Assembly: GCA_903953895.1 (NCBI GenBank)
Contig: CAJBLH010000162.1
Location: 939 to 64,938, forward strand
DNA: 64,000 nucleotides
DNA from: an uncultured Desulfobacteraceae bacterium
GTDB lineage: Bacteria; Desulfobacterota; Desulfobacteria; Desulfobacterales; Desulfatirhabdiaceae
Direction of reading: 5' to 3'
Made by a program: the position numbers and the translations under genes. The notes under the pieces were generated by a model that had not been told where the DNA came from, searched no databases, and saw nothing but the letters and a program-made list of their open reading frames with translations. Below, one piece after another: positions 36,904 through 46,561 of the stretch (position 1 is the first letter of the stretch; every line of letters starts with the position of its first letter).

Positions 36904-37875
36904 TCAGGATTGGATGGTCACTTTCAGCATGAGGTCTCCTTTCAGTCCTTCCGGCATCTGACGGCCCATTCCCTTCAGCCGGATGATTGACCCCTGCTTC
37001 AAGTTGGATGGAACCTGTACACGAATTGTCCGATTATAAAATCCCCATGGAATGTTCACCAGCTTGTTTACTCCGGCAAACGCCTCCCAAGGTGTGATCT
37101 CGATCGTGCCGTAAAGATTGGGATCACTCCCCGCCCCTGAAGTTCGGATTACCTGAAGTGTGGGCGTTTTTCTTTTTTCGGTGACGTGCCGCAACTGCTG
37201 GCTAATGCCGGAATTCGGAACAATACGTAATATCTTCAATAAAATCATTCCGGTGATAAACCCCCCGATATGCGCCCACCAGGCGATGCCGCCTGTGCTG
37301 GCATCAGCGCCTGCCGCGCTTAGAAACTGGAGAAGAAACCAGATTCCCAGAAAAAAATAAGCCGGAATTTCAATGAAAATAGGGATAAACAGGATGGGAA
37401 TCAGTGTTAGAATCCGGGACCCGGGGAAAAGCAGAAAATAAGCGCCCATGATGCCGGCAATAGCACCGCTGGCGCCGATGGTAGGAATGTTGGAGTTGAG
37501 ATTCAGCAGCAGATGAAACAGGCCGGAAGTCAGTCCGCAGAGCAGATAAAACACCAGATATCTCAGGGAACCCAGGCGATCTTCGATGTTGTCTCCAAAA
37601 ATATACAGAGACCACATGTTTCCCAGGAGGTGCCAGAAGCTTCCATGAAGAAACATAAAGGATATTAGCGGAATAAATTGCTGTCCAATGCTGAAGTAGG
37701 AGGCGATATGGGGCGTGGAATATCGCGCAGGCACCAGGCCGTACATATAAATGAAGCGAGCTTCCTGCCCTCCTTGGGCCATCTGGATCAGGTAAACAAG
37801 AACGTTCAGCCCGATAATGGCATTGTTGACCACCGGGTAATTCTTGGAAGAAAGGGTGTCGCGAATAGGGATCAT
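36904..37875 (-). CDS. rhomboid family intramembrane serine protease with C-terminal DnaJ/CbpA C-terminal-like domain
   Basis: Rhomboid HxxxN (FWHLLGNMWSL) and GxSG (GASGAIAGIMGAY) motifs. The tail ITPWEAFAGVNKLVNIP...IRVQVPSNLKQGSIIRLKGMGRQ...KGDLMLKVTI resembles the DnaJ_C second repeat. Confidence 0.85.
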   Translation of the reverse strand: MIPIRDTLSSKNYPVVNNAIIGLNVLVYLIQMAQGGQEARFIYMYGLVPARYSTPHIASYFSIGQQFIPLISFMFLHGSFWHLLGNMWSLYIFGDNIEDRLGSLRYLVFYLLCGLTSGLFHLLLNLNSNIPTIGASGAIAGIMGAYFLLFPGSRILTLIPILFIPIFIEIPAYFFLGIWFLLQFLSAAGADASTGGIAWWAHIGGFITGMILLKILRIVPNSGISQQLRHVTEKRKTPTLQVIRTSGAGSDPNLYGTIEITPWEAFAGVNKLVNIPWGFYNRTIRVQVPSNLKQGSIIRLKGMGRQMPEGLKGDLMLKVTIQS

Positions 37876-37901
37876 GTGTCAGAGGTCAGAGCATTCTGCA
37901 G

Positions 37902-38729
37902 TTATTCAATTCGCATGCTGAGATCCACAGCTCTGGCTGAATGCGTCAAGGCCCCGACCGAAATGAGATCAACGCCGGTTTCCGATAGTTCGGTTAAATT
38001 TTTTAAAGTAATACCACCGGAGACTTCCACGATGGCTCGGTTCTGAATGACGGAAACCGCTTCCCGGATATGGGCGATATCCATATTGTCGAGCATAATG
38101 ACATCTGCTCCTGATTCAAGGGCCTGTACGACACCGGCAAGGTCCGTGACTTCAACCTCGATTTTAAGAAGATGTGAAATCTGTTTTCTGGCTGCAGCAA
38201 CAGCCTGCTGAATTCCGCCGCAGGCGGCAATGTGATTGTCTTTGATCAGAACGCCGTCATAAAGTCCCATTCTGTGGTTATAGGCTCCGCCCATACGCAC
38301 GGCATATTTTTCAAGGCTCCGCCACCCCGGTGTGGTTTTTCGGGTATCGACCAGCCGAACCCGGCTGTTGTTCAAGGCTTTGACATAAGCCCGCACATGG
38401 GTGGCGATACCGGAAAGGTGCTGCAAAAAATTAAGCGCAGCCCGCTCTCCGGTCAGAAGCGCTCTCATGTTGCCTTCCAGGTGCAACACTGTTTCCCCGC
38501 AGGCGACTTCAGCGCCGTCTTCACAGTCGGATTGAAGTTGAACCTCCGGGTCGAGTCGCTGAAAAACCGTTTTAGCGATATCCAACCCGGCCAGAATCAG
38601 GTCTTCTTTGGCGATGATGATTCCGCTTCCCCGGCTGTATGATGAAACCAGATAATCGGTGGTGATATCACCGGTGCCGATATCTTCGGCAAATGCCATG
38701 TCGATTAATCGGGTAAGCAGCGGAGTCAT
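37902..38729 (-). CDS. nadC: nicotinate-nucleotide diphosphorylase (carboxylating)
   Basis: 275 aa with EDIGTGDITT, RKTTPG and LDNM motifs. Confidence 0.9.
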   Translation of the reverse strand: MTPLLTRLIDMAFAEDIGTGDITTDYLVSSYSRGSGIIIAKEDLILAGLDIAKTVFQRLDPEVQLQSDCEDGAEVACGETVLHLEGNMRALLTGERAALNFLQHLSGIATHVRAYVKALNNSRVRLVDTRKTTPGWRSLEKYAVRMGGAYNHRMGLYDGVLIKDNHIAACGGIQQAVAAARKQISHLLKIEVEVTDLAGVVQALESGADVIMLDNMDIAHIREAVSVIQNRAIVEVSGGITLKNLTELSETGVDLISVGALTHSARAVDLSMRIE

Positions 38730-41380
38730 ATAACCGCCTTGATTTTATCCAGGTTTATTTGAAGATTCTGCTGTTTATCAGACAGGGTTGCGTATTTGTC
38801 TTTGACTTTTTGAATGATATCCGCAGGGGCTTTGCCCAGGAAATCCTCATTATTCAGTTTTTTGGAGACAGTGTTCAACTCACTGTTCAGCTTTTCGATT
38901 TCTTTTTCCAGGCGATGGATTTCTTTGGACAGATCCAGAACCCCCTCCAGGGGAATATAAATGGCTGCGCCATCGACAATGGCGGTTGCGGCTGCCTTGG
39001 GTCTTTCTCCGGGAAGGGCGACGGATAGACTGTCCAGTCTTGCCAGGTGGGTGATGATGTTCCCATGTTGCTGGATTGTATCCGTAATTTGAGAATGATC
39101 GGTCTGAATCAGGGCGTTCAGCTTCAAAGTTGGTGACAGATTCATCTCGCCTCGGATATTTCTAATGCCGGTAATGAGGCCAATAATGATGGCCATTTGC
39201 TGTTCAGCTTCAAGGTTTACAAACCGGCCGGATCCGAAATCGCCGTCCTGAAGAAATCCGGCGGTCATGATGGAACCTTGGGTTCCGGGCAGCATATGCC
39301 AGATTTCTTCCGTTACAAAAGGGATAAACGGGTGCAGGCAGATCAGGGTGTTTTTTAGAACCAGCCATAGTACGGCCCGTGTCTGCTCCAGAATCGGCTC
39401 TCCTTCTTTACCGTACAGGGCGGGCTTGACGGTTTCAAGGTACCAGTCGCAGAGTTCATGCCAGACAAAATGATAGAGCAGGCCGGCCGCATCGTTGAAA
39501 TGATAGGCTTCCAGGGCATCCGATGCCGATCGGATTACACTTTCAGACCGGGACAATATCCATCGATTGACTAGAGACAAGGCGTCCGGAGTGAAAGTCG
39601 TAGATTCCGCGTTGACGTGCATCAAGGCAAAACGGGATGCATTCCAGAGTTTGTTGATAAAATGTCGATATCCTTCAACCCGTTTTTCGGACATCTTGAT
39701 GTCTCGGCCCTGAGCAGCAAAAGCCGCCAGAGTAAACCGAAAGGCATCTGTGCCGTACTGATCCATGACGGTCAGCGGGTCGATTACATTGCCTTTGGAC
39801 TTGCTCATTTTCTTGCCGTCTTCATCACGTACCAGGGCATGAACATAAACATCTTTAAAAGGGACGTCACCCATGAAATGAATGCCCATCATCATCATCC
39901 TGGCAACCCAGAAAAATAGAATATCAAAGCCGGTTACCAGCACCGAAGTGGGGTAGAAAGTCTTCAGGAGCTGGGTGTTTTCGGGCCAGCCCATGGTGGA
40001 AAAAGGCCATAGCGCGGAACTGAACCAGGTATCCAAAACGTCGGTTTCCTGGATCAATTCGGCGTGGCTGCAGGAAGAACACGTTTCGGGCGGCGTCAGG
40101 GATACGGTCAATTTTCCACAGGATTGACAGGTCCATGCCGGAATCTGATGTCCCCACCAGATTTGCCTGGAAATGCACCAGTCTCGAATATTGTTCAGCC
40201 AATCATAATAATTGGCAGCCCAGGCTTCAGGAACAATACGGGTCTGGCCATGTTGAACCGCGGCGATGGCTTTTTCGGCCAGGGGTTTTGCCTTGACAAA
40301 CCACTGCCTCGATAAATTGGGTTCGACAACGGTTTTACACCGATAACAGTGGCCGACATTATGGGGATAGGGCTCGATTCCGATCAGCAGTCCCTGATCC
40401 TGAAGCGCCTGAACAGCGGCATTTCGGCAGTCGAACCGGTCCATTCCTTCAAACTGGCCGGCGCCGTCCAGCATGCAACCGTGATCATCGATGACTTTCA
40501 GCCGGGGAAGGCTGTGACGGTTTCCGATTTCAAAATCGTTTGGATCATGCGCCGGTGTCACTTTCAATGCGCCGGTTCCAAAGGCCATTCCCACATAGGA
40601 ATCTCTAATAATAGGAATACGGCGGTTTGTCAGCGGCAGCAGGACGGTTTCGGATGGCAGATTCTGATAACGTTCATCTTCAGGATGAACGGCTACGGCC
40701 GTATCCCCGAAAAGGGTTTCCGGCCGGGTGGTGGCAATCACGATACCGCCGGCATGATCGGGAAAAGGGTAGCGGATGTGGTAGAGATTTCCGGAAATTT
40801 CTTCATGTTCGACTTCCAGGTCGGACAGTGCGGTATGGCAGCGATGGCACCAGTTGATGATATAGTCGCCCTGATAAATCAGGCCTTCATGATACAGTTG
40901 AACAAAAACCTTTCTGACTGCCAGAGACAGACCTTCATCCATCGTAAAACGCTCCCGCCGCCAGTCGCAGGATGCGCCCAGACGCTTGAGTTGATGGATG
41001 ATGGCGTTGCCGGATTCATTTCGCCATTCCCACACCGCATCGATGAATTGCTCCCGACCCAGTTGATGCCGGGTTCGTCCTTCTGCTGCCAGTTTCTTTT
41101 CCACCACATTTTGTGTGGCGATTCCGGCATGGTCTGTGCCAGGCATCCAAAGAACATTGCAGCCTTTCAATCGGTGATACCGGCAGAGAATGTCTTGAAG
41201 CGTTACATTCAGTGCATGTCCCATATGCAGAACACCCGTGACATTGGGTGGGGGAATGACAATTGAATATGCAGGCCGAACATCGCTTTCTTTGGCGGCA
41301 AACAGGTGTTGTTCTTCCCAGAAAGCATACCAGCGTTTTTCGACATTCCTGGGTTCATATCCTTTATCAGATTGATCCAT
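38726..41380 (-). CDS. valS: valine--tRNA ligase
   Basis: PPPNVTGVLHMGHAL (HIGH), KMSKSKGN (KMSKS) and a C-terminal coiled coil. Confidence 0.95.
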   Translation of the reverse strand: MDQSDKGYEPRNVEKRWYAFWEEQHLFAAKESDVRPAYSIVIPPPNVTGVLHMGHALNVTLQDILCRYHRLKGCNVLWMPGTDHAGIATQNVVEKKLAAEGRTRHQLGREQFIDAVWEWRNESGNAIIHQLKRLGASCDWRRERFTMDEGLSLAVRKVFVQLYHEGLIYQGDYIINWCHRCHTALSDLEVEHEEISGNLYHIRYPFPDHAGGIVIATTRPETLFGDTAVAVHPEDERYQNLPSETVLLPLTNRRIPIIRDSYVGMAFGTGALKVTPAHDPNDFEIGNRHSLPRLKVIDDHGCMLDGAGQFEGMDRFDCRNAAVQALQDQGLLIGIEPYPHNVGHCYRCKTVVEPNLSRQWFVKAKPLAEKAIAAVQHGQTRIVPEAWAANYYDWLNNIRDWCISRQIWWGHQIPAWTCQSCGKLTVSLTPPETCSSCSHAELIQETDVLDTWFSSALWPFSTMGWPENTQLLKTFYPTSVLVTGFDILFFWVARMMMMGIHFMGDVPFKDVYVHALVRDEDGKKMSKSKGNVIDPLTVMDQYGTDAFRFTLAAFAAQGRDIKMSEKRVEGYRHFINKLWNASRFALMHVNAESTTFTPDALSLVNRWILSRSESVIRSASDALEAYHFNDAAGLLYHFVWHELCDWYLETVKPALYGKEGEPILEQTRAVLWLVLKNTLICLHPFIPFVTEEIWHMLPGTQGSIMTAGFLQDGDFGSGRFVNLEAEQQMAIIIGLITGIRNIRGEMNLSPTLKLNALIQTDHSQITDTIQQHGNIITHLARLDSLSVALPGERPKAAATAIVDGAAIYIPLEGVLDLSKEIHRLEKEIEKLNSELNTVSKKLNNEDFLGKAPADIIQKVKDKYATLSDKQQNLQINLDKIKAVI

Positions 41381-41448
41381 AAGTGTTGCTTACTCCTTAC
41401 AGCCGTGCGGGCGGGTATTGTCATGTACCCGGATTCGTAGGCGCTATA

Positions 41449-41481
41449 GAAAACGAAAAGGGGATTCTCAGTCAAATCCCC
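41449..41481 (-). terminator. rho-independent terminator after the acidic protein gene
   Basis: The minus strand reads GGGGATTtgactgaGAATCCCC followed by TTTTCGTTTTC. Confidence 0.7.
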
Positions 41482-41514
41482 GATTTCAGTGTCATAACAT
41501 CAGAATTCTTCAAA

Positions 41515-42219
41515 TCATTCATCGCTTTTGAAAACGGTTTTTCGAGAGGTGAGGTAATCCAAAAAAATTGTTTTCAGATTCTCGATTTCCCGACTGACCG
41601 CTGTTGCGATAAGGGTATTTAAAACAGGTTCGATTCTTTCTTCAAAAAGGTTTCGAACGACCTGTTCCACAGCAGCATCAATCTGATCGGGGGATAGCGA
41701 AGCCCGGTCGGCTGCAGCGGTGGAAGGTACCTCGAGGGGGGTGATTTCCGGAGGAATTCCTGAAAAATCCTGAGGCGGAACTTGGGAATCGTGAACAACC
41801 TCGTTGATCAGACGCTGCAGGTCATCTTGTGAGGATTCCGTAACAGATGGCTGGGGAACACCGGAAGCAGATGATGCTACAGAAGGCGGCGTTGCGGAGA
41901 GCAGGTCCTGTAAATCGGAAAATCGGGTATCCTCCATATCGAAGTTCAGGATGTCGTCTTCTGAAACGGAGAAATCCGGTGGCAGTTCCACCTTGAAATC
42001 CGTTGGTTCGATGGCGTCCGTAAGATCGATGAAAGCGGGTTCGTCTTTCGGCGTCTCAGATAATTTCGGAAATTCCTGAGTCCCGGTGCGGTCGGTAAGC
42101 TGGCAGATTTCGACCATGTCAATATTTTGCTCAGACGGTATTTCATCAGTAAGAAGAATGATATCATCGTCATCCACGAGGAGATTTTCACCGGATAAAG
42201 GTTGCGTGGGGTGTGTCAT
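41515..42219 (-). CDS. hypothetical highly acidic protein (234 aa)
   Basis: SD aaggag lies 7 nt before ATG 42219. The body is D/E/S/P-rich and the C-terminal ~60 aa (IDAAVEQVVRNLFEERIEPVLNTLIATAVSREIENLK) look helical. No family recognised. Confidence 0.5.
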   Translation of the reverse strand: MTHPTQPLSGENLLVDDDDIILLTDEIPSEQNIDMVEICQLTDRTGTQEFPKLSETPKDEPAFIDLTDAIEPTDFKVELPPDFSVSEDDILNFDMEDTRFSDLQDLLSATPPSVASSASGVPQPSVTESSQDDLQRLINEVVHDSQVPPQDFSGIPPEITPLEVPSTAAADRASLSPDQIDAAVEQVVRNLFEERIEPVLNTLIATAVSREIENLKTIFLDYLTSRKTVFKSDE

Positions 42220-42504
42220 GGAAACTCCTTTATTTGAATCAGATAAACCCAAGATAATCTGGTGGACAAAAAAATGTCGGGTGACCCATTCTGGGGAATC
42301 GCTATCATAAGCATTTATCAGTGTCAATATATTTACCCAGAATTACAAGGGTAAATTAACTAAAAGGTTTTCGGACAAGGGCATTGAAGCCTCAATTCCC
42401 GCATTTGTCGATATTGGTATCAATCCTTTCAGATTAAAAGGGTTGAAATTTTGTTGAACTTATGAGAAACAAAATAGTTAATATTAATGAGGGGAGGTGA
42501 TCGG

Positions 42505-42603
42505 TTGGGAAGTGTCATTAAAAAAAGAAGAAAGAAAATGAGAAAGCACAAACATAAAAAGCTTTTGGCCCGTACGCGCCACCAGAGAAGGAAAGGTAAA
42601 TAA
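42505..42603 (+). CDS. small basic protein of the bS22 / AURKAIP1-COX24 family (32 codons, TTG start)
   Basis: The translation (M)GSVIKKRRKKMRKHKHKKLLARTRHQRRKGK* is nearly the same as the mycobacterial bS22 pattern MGSVIKKRRKRM.KKKHRKLL..TR.QRR. SD GGGGAGGTGA lies 7 nt upstream. An in-frame ATG at 42487 is an alternative start. Confidence 0.7.
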   Translation: MGSVIKKRRKKMRKHKHKKLLARTRHQRRKGK

Positions 42604-42629
42604 GATGCCTGGAATCTTTTCTGAACAAA

Positions 42630-42684
42630 GAAAAAGCACTTTCGCATAACGTTTATTGCGTTGGTGCGTCAGTGCTTTTCTTTT
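42630..42684. terminator. bidirectional terminator hairpin between the small basic ORF (+) and hflC (-)
   Basis: aaaagcact (42632-42640) pairs with agtgctttt (42671-42679), with an inner secondary stem. T-runs are present on both strands. Confidence 0.55.
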
Positions 42685-42733
42685 ATGCAGGCAATCCATA
42701 AACTGTGAATTTTTAGTTACTGAAGTAACGCCT

Positions 42734-43666
42734 TTATTTATATCCCTTAAGATATTTCAGGAATTCTGCATTGGTTGAAAGCACAACCGAACTGTTCTCG
42801 CCCAGTGTCTCATTGTATACTTCAAGAGATTTCATAAACGAATAGAATTCCGGGTCAATGCCGTATGCCTGGGCATAAAGCCTTGTGGATTCGGCATCGG
42901 CCTTGCCTTTAATTTCCTGAGCGGTTCGATAGGCTTCGGAAGTGATGCGCTTTAAATCACGTTCTTTTTCACCCATTATTTTAGCTGCCTCCCCCTTTCC
43001 TTCCGAACGAAATTTCTCTGCGATCTGTTTGCGCTCCGCAATCATTCGACCGTACACGGATTCCCGGACCTGTTCCACGTAATTGATGCGTTTAATCTTG
43101 ACATCCACCAGTTCGATGCCGAATGGAGACAACTTGGGCTGGGCTTGTTCCAGAATGCCGCGGGTAATTTTATCCCTTCCCGCCGTAATCTGTTCCACCG
43201 GATCTTTCTGGATATCTTCCAGGCCGATTTCAAAGGTATCCAGTTCCCGGTTGCTGCGTCTGACGGCTTCAATGAGGCGGTAGGATGTAATAAAATTGCG
43301 GGTAGCCGGGTCGATAATATCGTCGAGGCGGCTCTGAGCACTGATCGTATTGTTGACAGTCTGAAAGAATTTGATGGGGTCTACGATTTTCCAGCGCGCA
43401 AAGACATCCACCCAGATGTAGGTTTTATCCAGTGTGGGAATCTGTCCGGGATCACCCTCCCACTGAAGGAGGTTTTTCGGAAAATAGGTTGCTTCCTGAA
43501 TGAAAGGCACCTTGAAATACAGTCCGGGAGCCTGTTTGGGAGTACCGACCACGCGGCCGAACTGGGTAACCACGACCTGCTCGGTCTCATTGACGATATA
43601 GGCCGATGTAAAAGCCATCAAAACGGCAATGCCGGCGGCGATGATCAACAAAACTTTGGAATTCAT
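42734..43666 (-). CDS. hflC: protease modulator HflC (SPFH domain)
   Basis: N-terminal TM, an SPFH/band-7 core, and a 4-bp overlap with hflK. Confidence 0.9.
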   Translation of the reverse strand: MNSKVLLIIAAGIAVLMAFTSAYIVNETEQVVVTQFGRVVGTPKQAPGLYFKVPFIQEATYFPKNLLQWEGDPGQIPTLDKTYIWVDVFARWKIVDPIKFFQTVNNTISAQSRLDDIIDPATRNFITSYRLIEAVRRSNRELDTFEIGLEDIQKDPVEQITAGRDKITRGILEQAQPKLSPFGIELVDVKIKRINYVEQVRESVYGRMIAERKQIAEKFRSEGKGEAAKIMGEKERDLKRITSEAYRTAQEIKGKADAESTRLYAQAYGIDPEFYSFMKSLEVYNETLGENSSVVLSTNAEFLKYLKGYK

Positions 43667-44697
43667 TTTGAGAGCCCTCTGGTTTTTCCGAGGTTAAGAA
43701 AAGGAAGAAGATTGCTTTGTTCCGAATCCACGATATATTTTTCGCCGATTTTGGGGAAAATACTGCTCATCATTTCCAGATACAGCCGACGCTTGGTGAC
43801 ATCTCTGGCTTTATTGTATTCAGTATAAAGCGCGATAAACCTGGATGCATCCCCTTTTGCGCGGTTGATTCGATCCAGAGCGAATCCTTCAGCTGCTTTG
43901 ATGGTTCGGTCCGCTTCTCCGCGTGCATTCGGTATGGCCTTGTTATAATCTTCCTTGGCCTGATAAATCATTTTTTCCTTTTCCTGTACCGCCTGATTGA
44001 CTTCGTTGAATGAAGTCTGCACCGGGTCCGGAACATTGGTTTTTTTCATTTCAATGGTAACGACGTTAATGCCGGCTTCGGCGTTATCCAGTTCATCTTG
44101 TAGAATGTTTCTGGCTTCAATCGCAATTTCTTCCCGCTTGCTGATCACCTCGTTGACACTGCGGTCTCCGACGACAAGGCGCATGGCTGCTTCCGACATA
44201 TCCATCAGAAGCCGGCGGATATCTTTGACCTTGAAGAGAAAGTTATAAGGATCTTTAATGCGGTATTGCACAATCCAGGGAACGAGCGCCACGTTCAAAT
44301 CGCCGGTAAGCATTAATGTAATACCGGCATCCTCGGTGTTTCCGGAAATTTTGCGCTGATCACTCTCACGATTGGTGCTGAACCCGAATTCCTCCTTATA
44401 GACGCGGCGGACTTTTACCTTTGTCACTTTTTCAATTCCTGTGGGCAGCTTGAAGTTCAGGCCGGGTTGAGTGGTTCTGACATATTTGCCGAAACGCTGC
44501 ACAACACCCACCTCGTCCACATCCACGGTGTAAAACATGGAAACTCCCAAAAAAAGCACTGCGGCCAAAATAAGGACAATCGGGCCGCCAGGGAGTTTGA
44601 CACTTTTCAGTTTATCTGCAATTTCACCAAATTGCGGCAAATTGGGGCCGCTCTTGCTTTGCTGCTGTTCTTTTAATTTTTCCCAGTCCCAGCTCAT
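43663..44697 (-). CDS. hflK: protease modulator HflK (SPFH domain)
   Basis: MSWDWEKL... N-terminus, a TM, and an SPFH core. The start is set at the Met preceded by ggtgga. Confidence 0.9.
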   Translation of the reverse strand: MSWDWEKLKEQQQSKSGPNLPQFGEIADKLKSVKLPGGPIVLILAAVLFLGVSMFYTVDVDEVGVVQRFGKYVRTTQPGLNFKLPTGIEKVTKVKVRRVYKEEFGFSTNRESDQRKISGNTEDAGITLMLTGDLNVALVPWIVQYRIKDPYNFLFKVKDIRRLLMDMSEAAMRLVVGDRSVNEVISKREEIAIEARNILQDELDNAEAGINVVTIEMKKTNVPDPVQTSFNEVNQAVQEKEKMIYQAKEDYNKAIPNARGEADRTIKAAEGFALDRINRAKGDASRFIALYTEYNKARDVTKRRLYLEMMSSIFPKIGEKYIVDSEQSNLLPFLNLGKTRGLSK

Positions 44698-45040
44698 AGA
44701 TATTTCCACCATAAAGTTAATAAACTTTCATCTACCACAATCTTCACTATTGGTCCATTCCCTCTGCCCAGCCTGGGGAGGGGATAAATGGAAATCGCAG
44801 ATTGCAGCAACTCAACGCATTACAAAGGTTATTGATAAGTATCATTTAAGTTACACGGCGTTTCAAGTCAAGGAAAAATGGGTTTTTGCGTGGAACTGAT
44901 TACGGATAGGGGAAGATAATATCCTGACGTTCTGTGTTTTTTGTGGTTAGTGATATGCTTGACTTACGAGAACTGTGAACAGGCCGCATTGCAAAGCGGA
45001 TATGGAACGTATTGAAAATAGCGATTCGGTAGAAGATGGA

Positions 45041-45397
45041 TTACATGCTCTTCTTCTTCAGGGTATCCAGTTGCAACCGCGCTTCCTTTACGGCTGATTC
45101 CTGTTCATATCCCGTGGCATTTTTGGCAGCCAATTCAATAAATTCGTATCCTTTTGTAAAATCACCCATTCTGCCATACGCCAGAGCCAACCCCATGTAT
45201 GCCGGAGAAAAATCCGGATCCAGTTCACTTGCCCGGGAAAATTCCAGGACAGCCGCATCGATCTTGTCGATCTGTAAGAATTTAAGCCCATTATCTACAT
45301 GTCTGGAAGGGGTGTCAAGGGCTGCATGGTGATATGCACTGATAGGACCGCAGGCTGAAAAGAAGAAAATACAAAAAGAACAAATCAGATTGGCCAT
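45041..45397 (-). CDS. TPR-repeat lipoprotein
   Basis: Lipobox FFFSAC and TPR-like AVLEFSRASELDPDFSPAYMGLALAYGRMGDFTKGYEFIELA. Confidence 0.6.
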   Translation of the reverse strand: MANLICSFCIFFFSACGPISAYHHAALDTPSRHVDNGLKFLQIDKIDAAVLEFSRASELDPDFSPAYMGLALAYGRMGDFTKGYEFIELAAKNATGYEQESAVKEARLQLDTLKKKSM

Positions 45398-45534
45398 ATT
45401 TGCAGGGTGATTCGTTTGTTTTGAGCTGAACTGTCTAAAATAATGAAATATATTGCTTGCTGTCATGATCGAATTTCTTTTTGAACAATTAAACCTTGCC
45501 GTTTATAATCAAATGACGTCGCTAAGTCAATATC

Positions 45535-46488
45535 CTAAACACGGCCGCCGCTCCATCTCAATTTTGCCTTCACTATGTCGAAATAACGCTGGCCAGGAAG
45601 CTTGATCATCTGTACCGGATAAGGGCTTTTCTGAATTGTTATCATGTCATTTTTGTAAAGTTCAATGCCGGACTGGCCATCAAATGTTACCATCACATCC
45701 GATGTCTCTTTCTCGATGACGATGGTGATAACAACCGAATCCGGAATGATCAAGGGCCGGATGGTCAAAGTAAACGGGCAGATGGGTGTTAAAATGATAC
45801 CGGGAACTGATGGATGAACGATGGGGCCTCCGGCGGCAAGGGAATATGCGGTTGAGCCCGTGGGGGTGGCCACAATGAGGCCATCCGCCCGGTATGTCGT
45901 TAAATAATGGTCGTCCAGAAGGGTTTTAATACTTGCCAGACGCGCCAGCGCCCCCTGGTTGATCACCAGATCATTCAGGACGGTCTCTGAGGCGATGATT
46001 CGACCATCTCGGAGGATATCGGCCCGAAGCCGCATGCGCGGGCTGGTTGCCGGTTTTTGATGAATGATGGCGCTGACGGCCTCAAACAGATTGTCTTCGG
46101 AGATTTCGGCCAGAAAACCGACTTCTCCGAATTTAACCCCTAAAACAGGAATGGGGGCGTTTCCTATCCATCGGACAGCGGATAAAAAGGTTCCGTCACC
46201 GCCAAGTACCAAAACGCAAAACAGGTCATCAGGCGCATGGGGGGAGCCGGAAACAGCCGGCTTTGCGGAAAACATCTCTTTTCTGAAGACATCGATATCC
46301 CTGTTTTTCAGCCAAGCTTCGAGATCGTCTGCCTTCTGAATGGCGGGAGCATCGTTTTTTACAACCAGCCCGATTCGTTTCACAAGTTTAAATGGCCTCT
46401 GGGTTGATTCAACAAAATTACCATCAAGATTTTCAAGAAATTTTAATGATTTTAAACTCAAAAAGCAAATTCTTTTGTCTTGACTCAT
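45535..46488 (-). CDS. nadK: NAD+ kinase
   Basis: VLGGDGTFL and the downstream NadK core motifs ([17 protein letters not shown]). Confidence 0.9.
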   Translation of the reverse strand: MSQDKRICFLSLKSLKFLENLDGNFVESTQRPFKLVKRIGLVVKNDAPAIQKADDLEAWLKNRDIDVFRKEMFSAKPAVSGSPHAPDDLFCVLVLGGDGTFLSAVRWIGNAPIPVLGVKFGEVGFLAEISEDNLFEAVSAIIHQKPATSPRMRLRADILRDGRIIASETVLNDLVINQGALARLASIKTLLDDHYLTTYRADGLIVATPTGSTAYSLAAGGPIVHPSVPGIILTPICPFTLTIRPLIIPDSVVITIVIEKETSDVMVTFDGQSGIELYKNDMITIQKSPYPVQMIKLPGQRYFDIVKAKLRWSGGRV

Positions 46489-46561
46489 TCAGATGGTTTT
46501 TATAATAAGATGAACATTCAGGAAAGGAAGCTTATACCATAACATTTAAGGGGAGGGTGAT

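Noticed and set aside
40349-41266. 305-aa plus-strand ORF, with similar antisense ORFs at 33002-33892, 54574-55485 and 55617-56363
   Set aside because: All lie opposite strongly supported genes (valS, lepA, ftsY, aapP) and have no independent signals.
41381-41514. Possible T-box or other leader upstream of valS
   Set aside because: The spacer is only 134 nt, and much of it is the terminator of the upstream gene. I could not find a specifier-loop or T-box consensus (AGGGUGGNACCGCG-like) by eye.
44713-45040. 330-nt gap upstream of hflK as a possible ncRNA locus
   Set aside because: I could not identify conserved ncRNA motifs, a convincing promoter/terminator pair, or a stable extended structure by eye. 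It is left unannotated.
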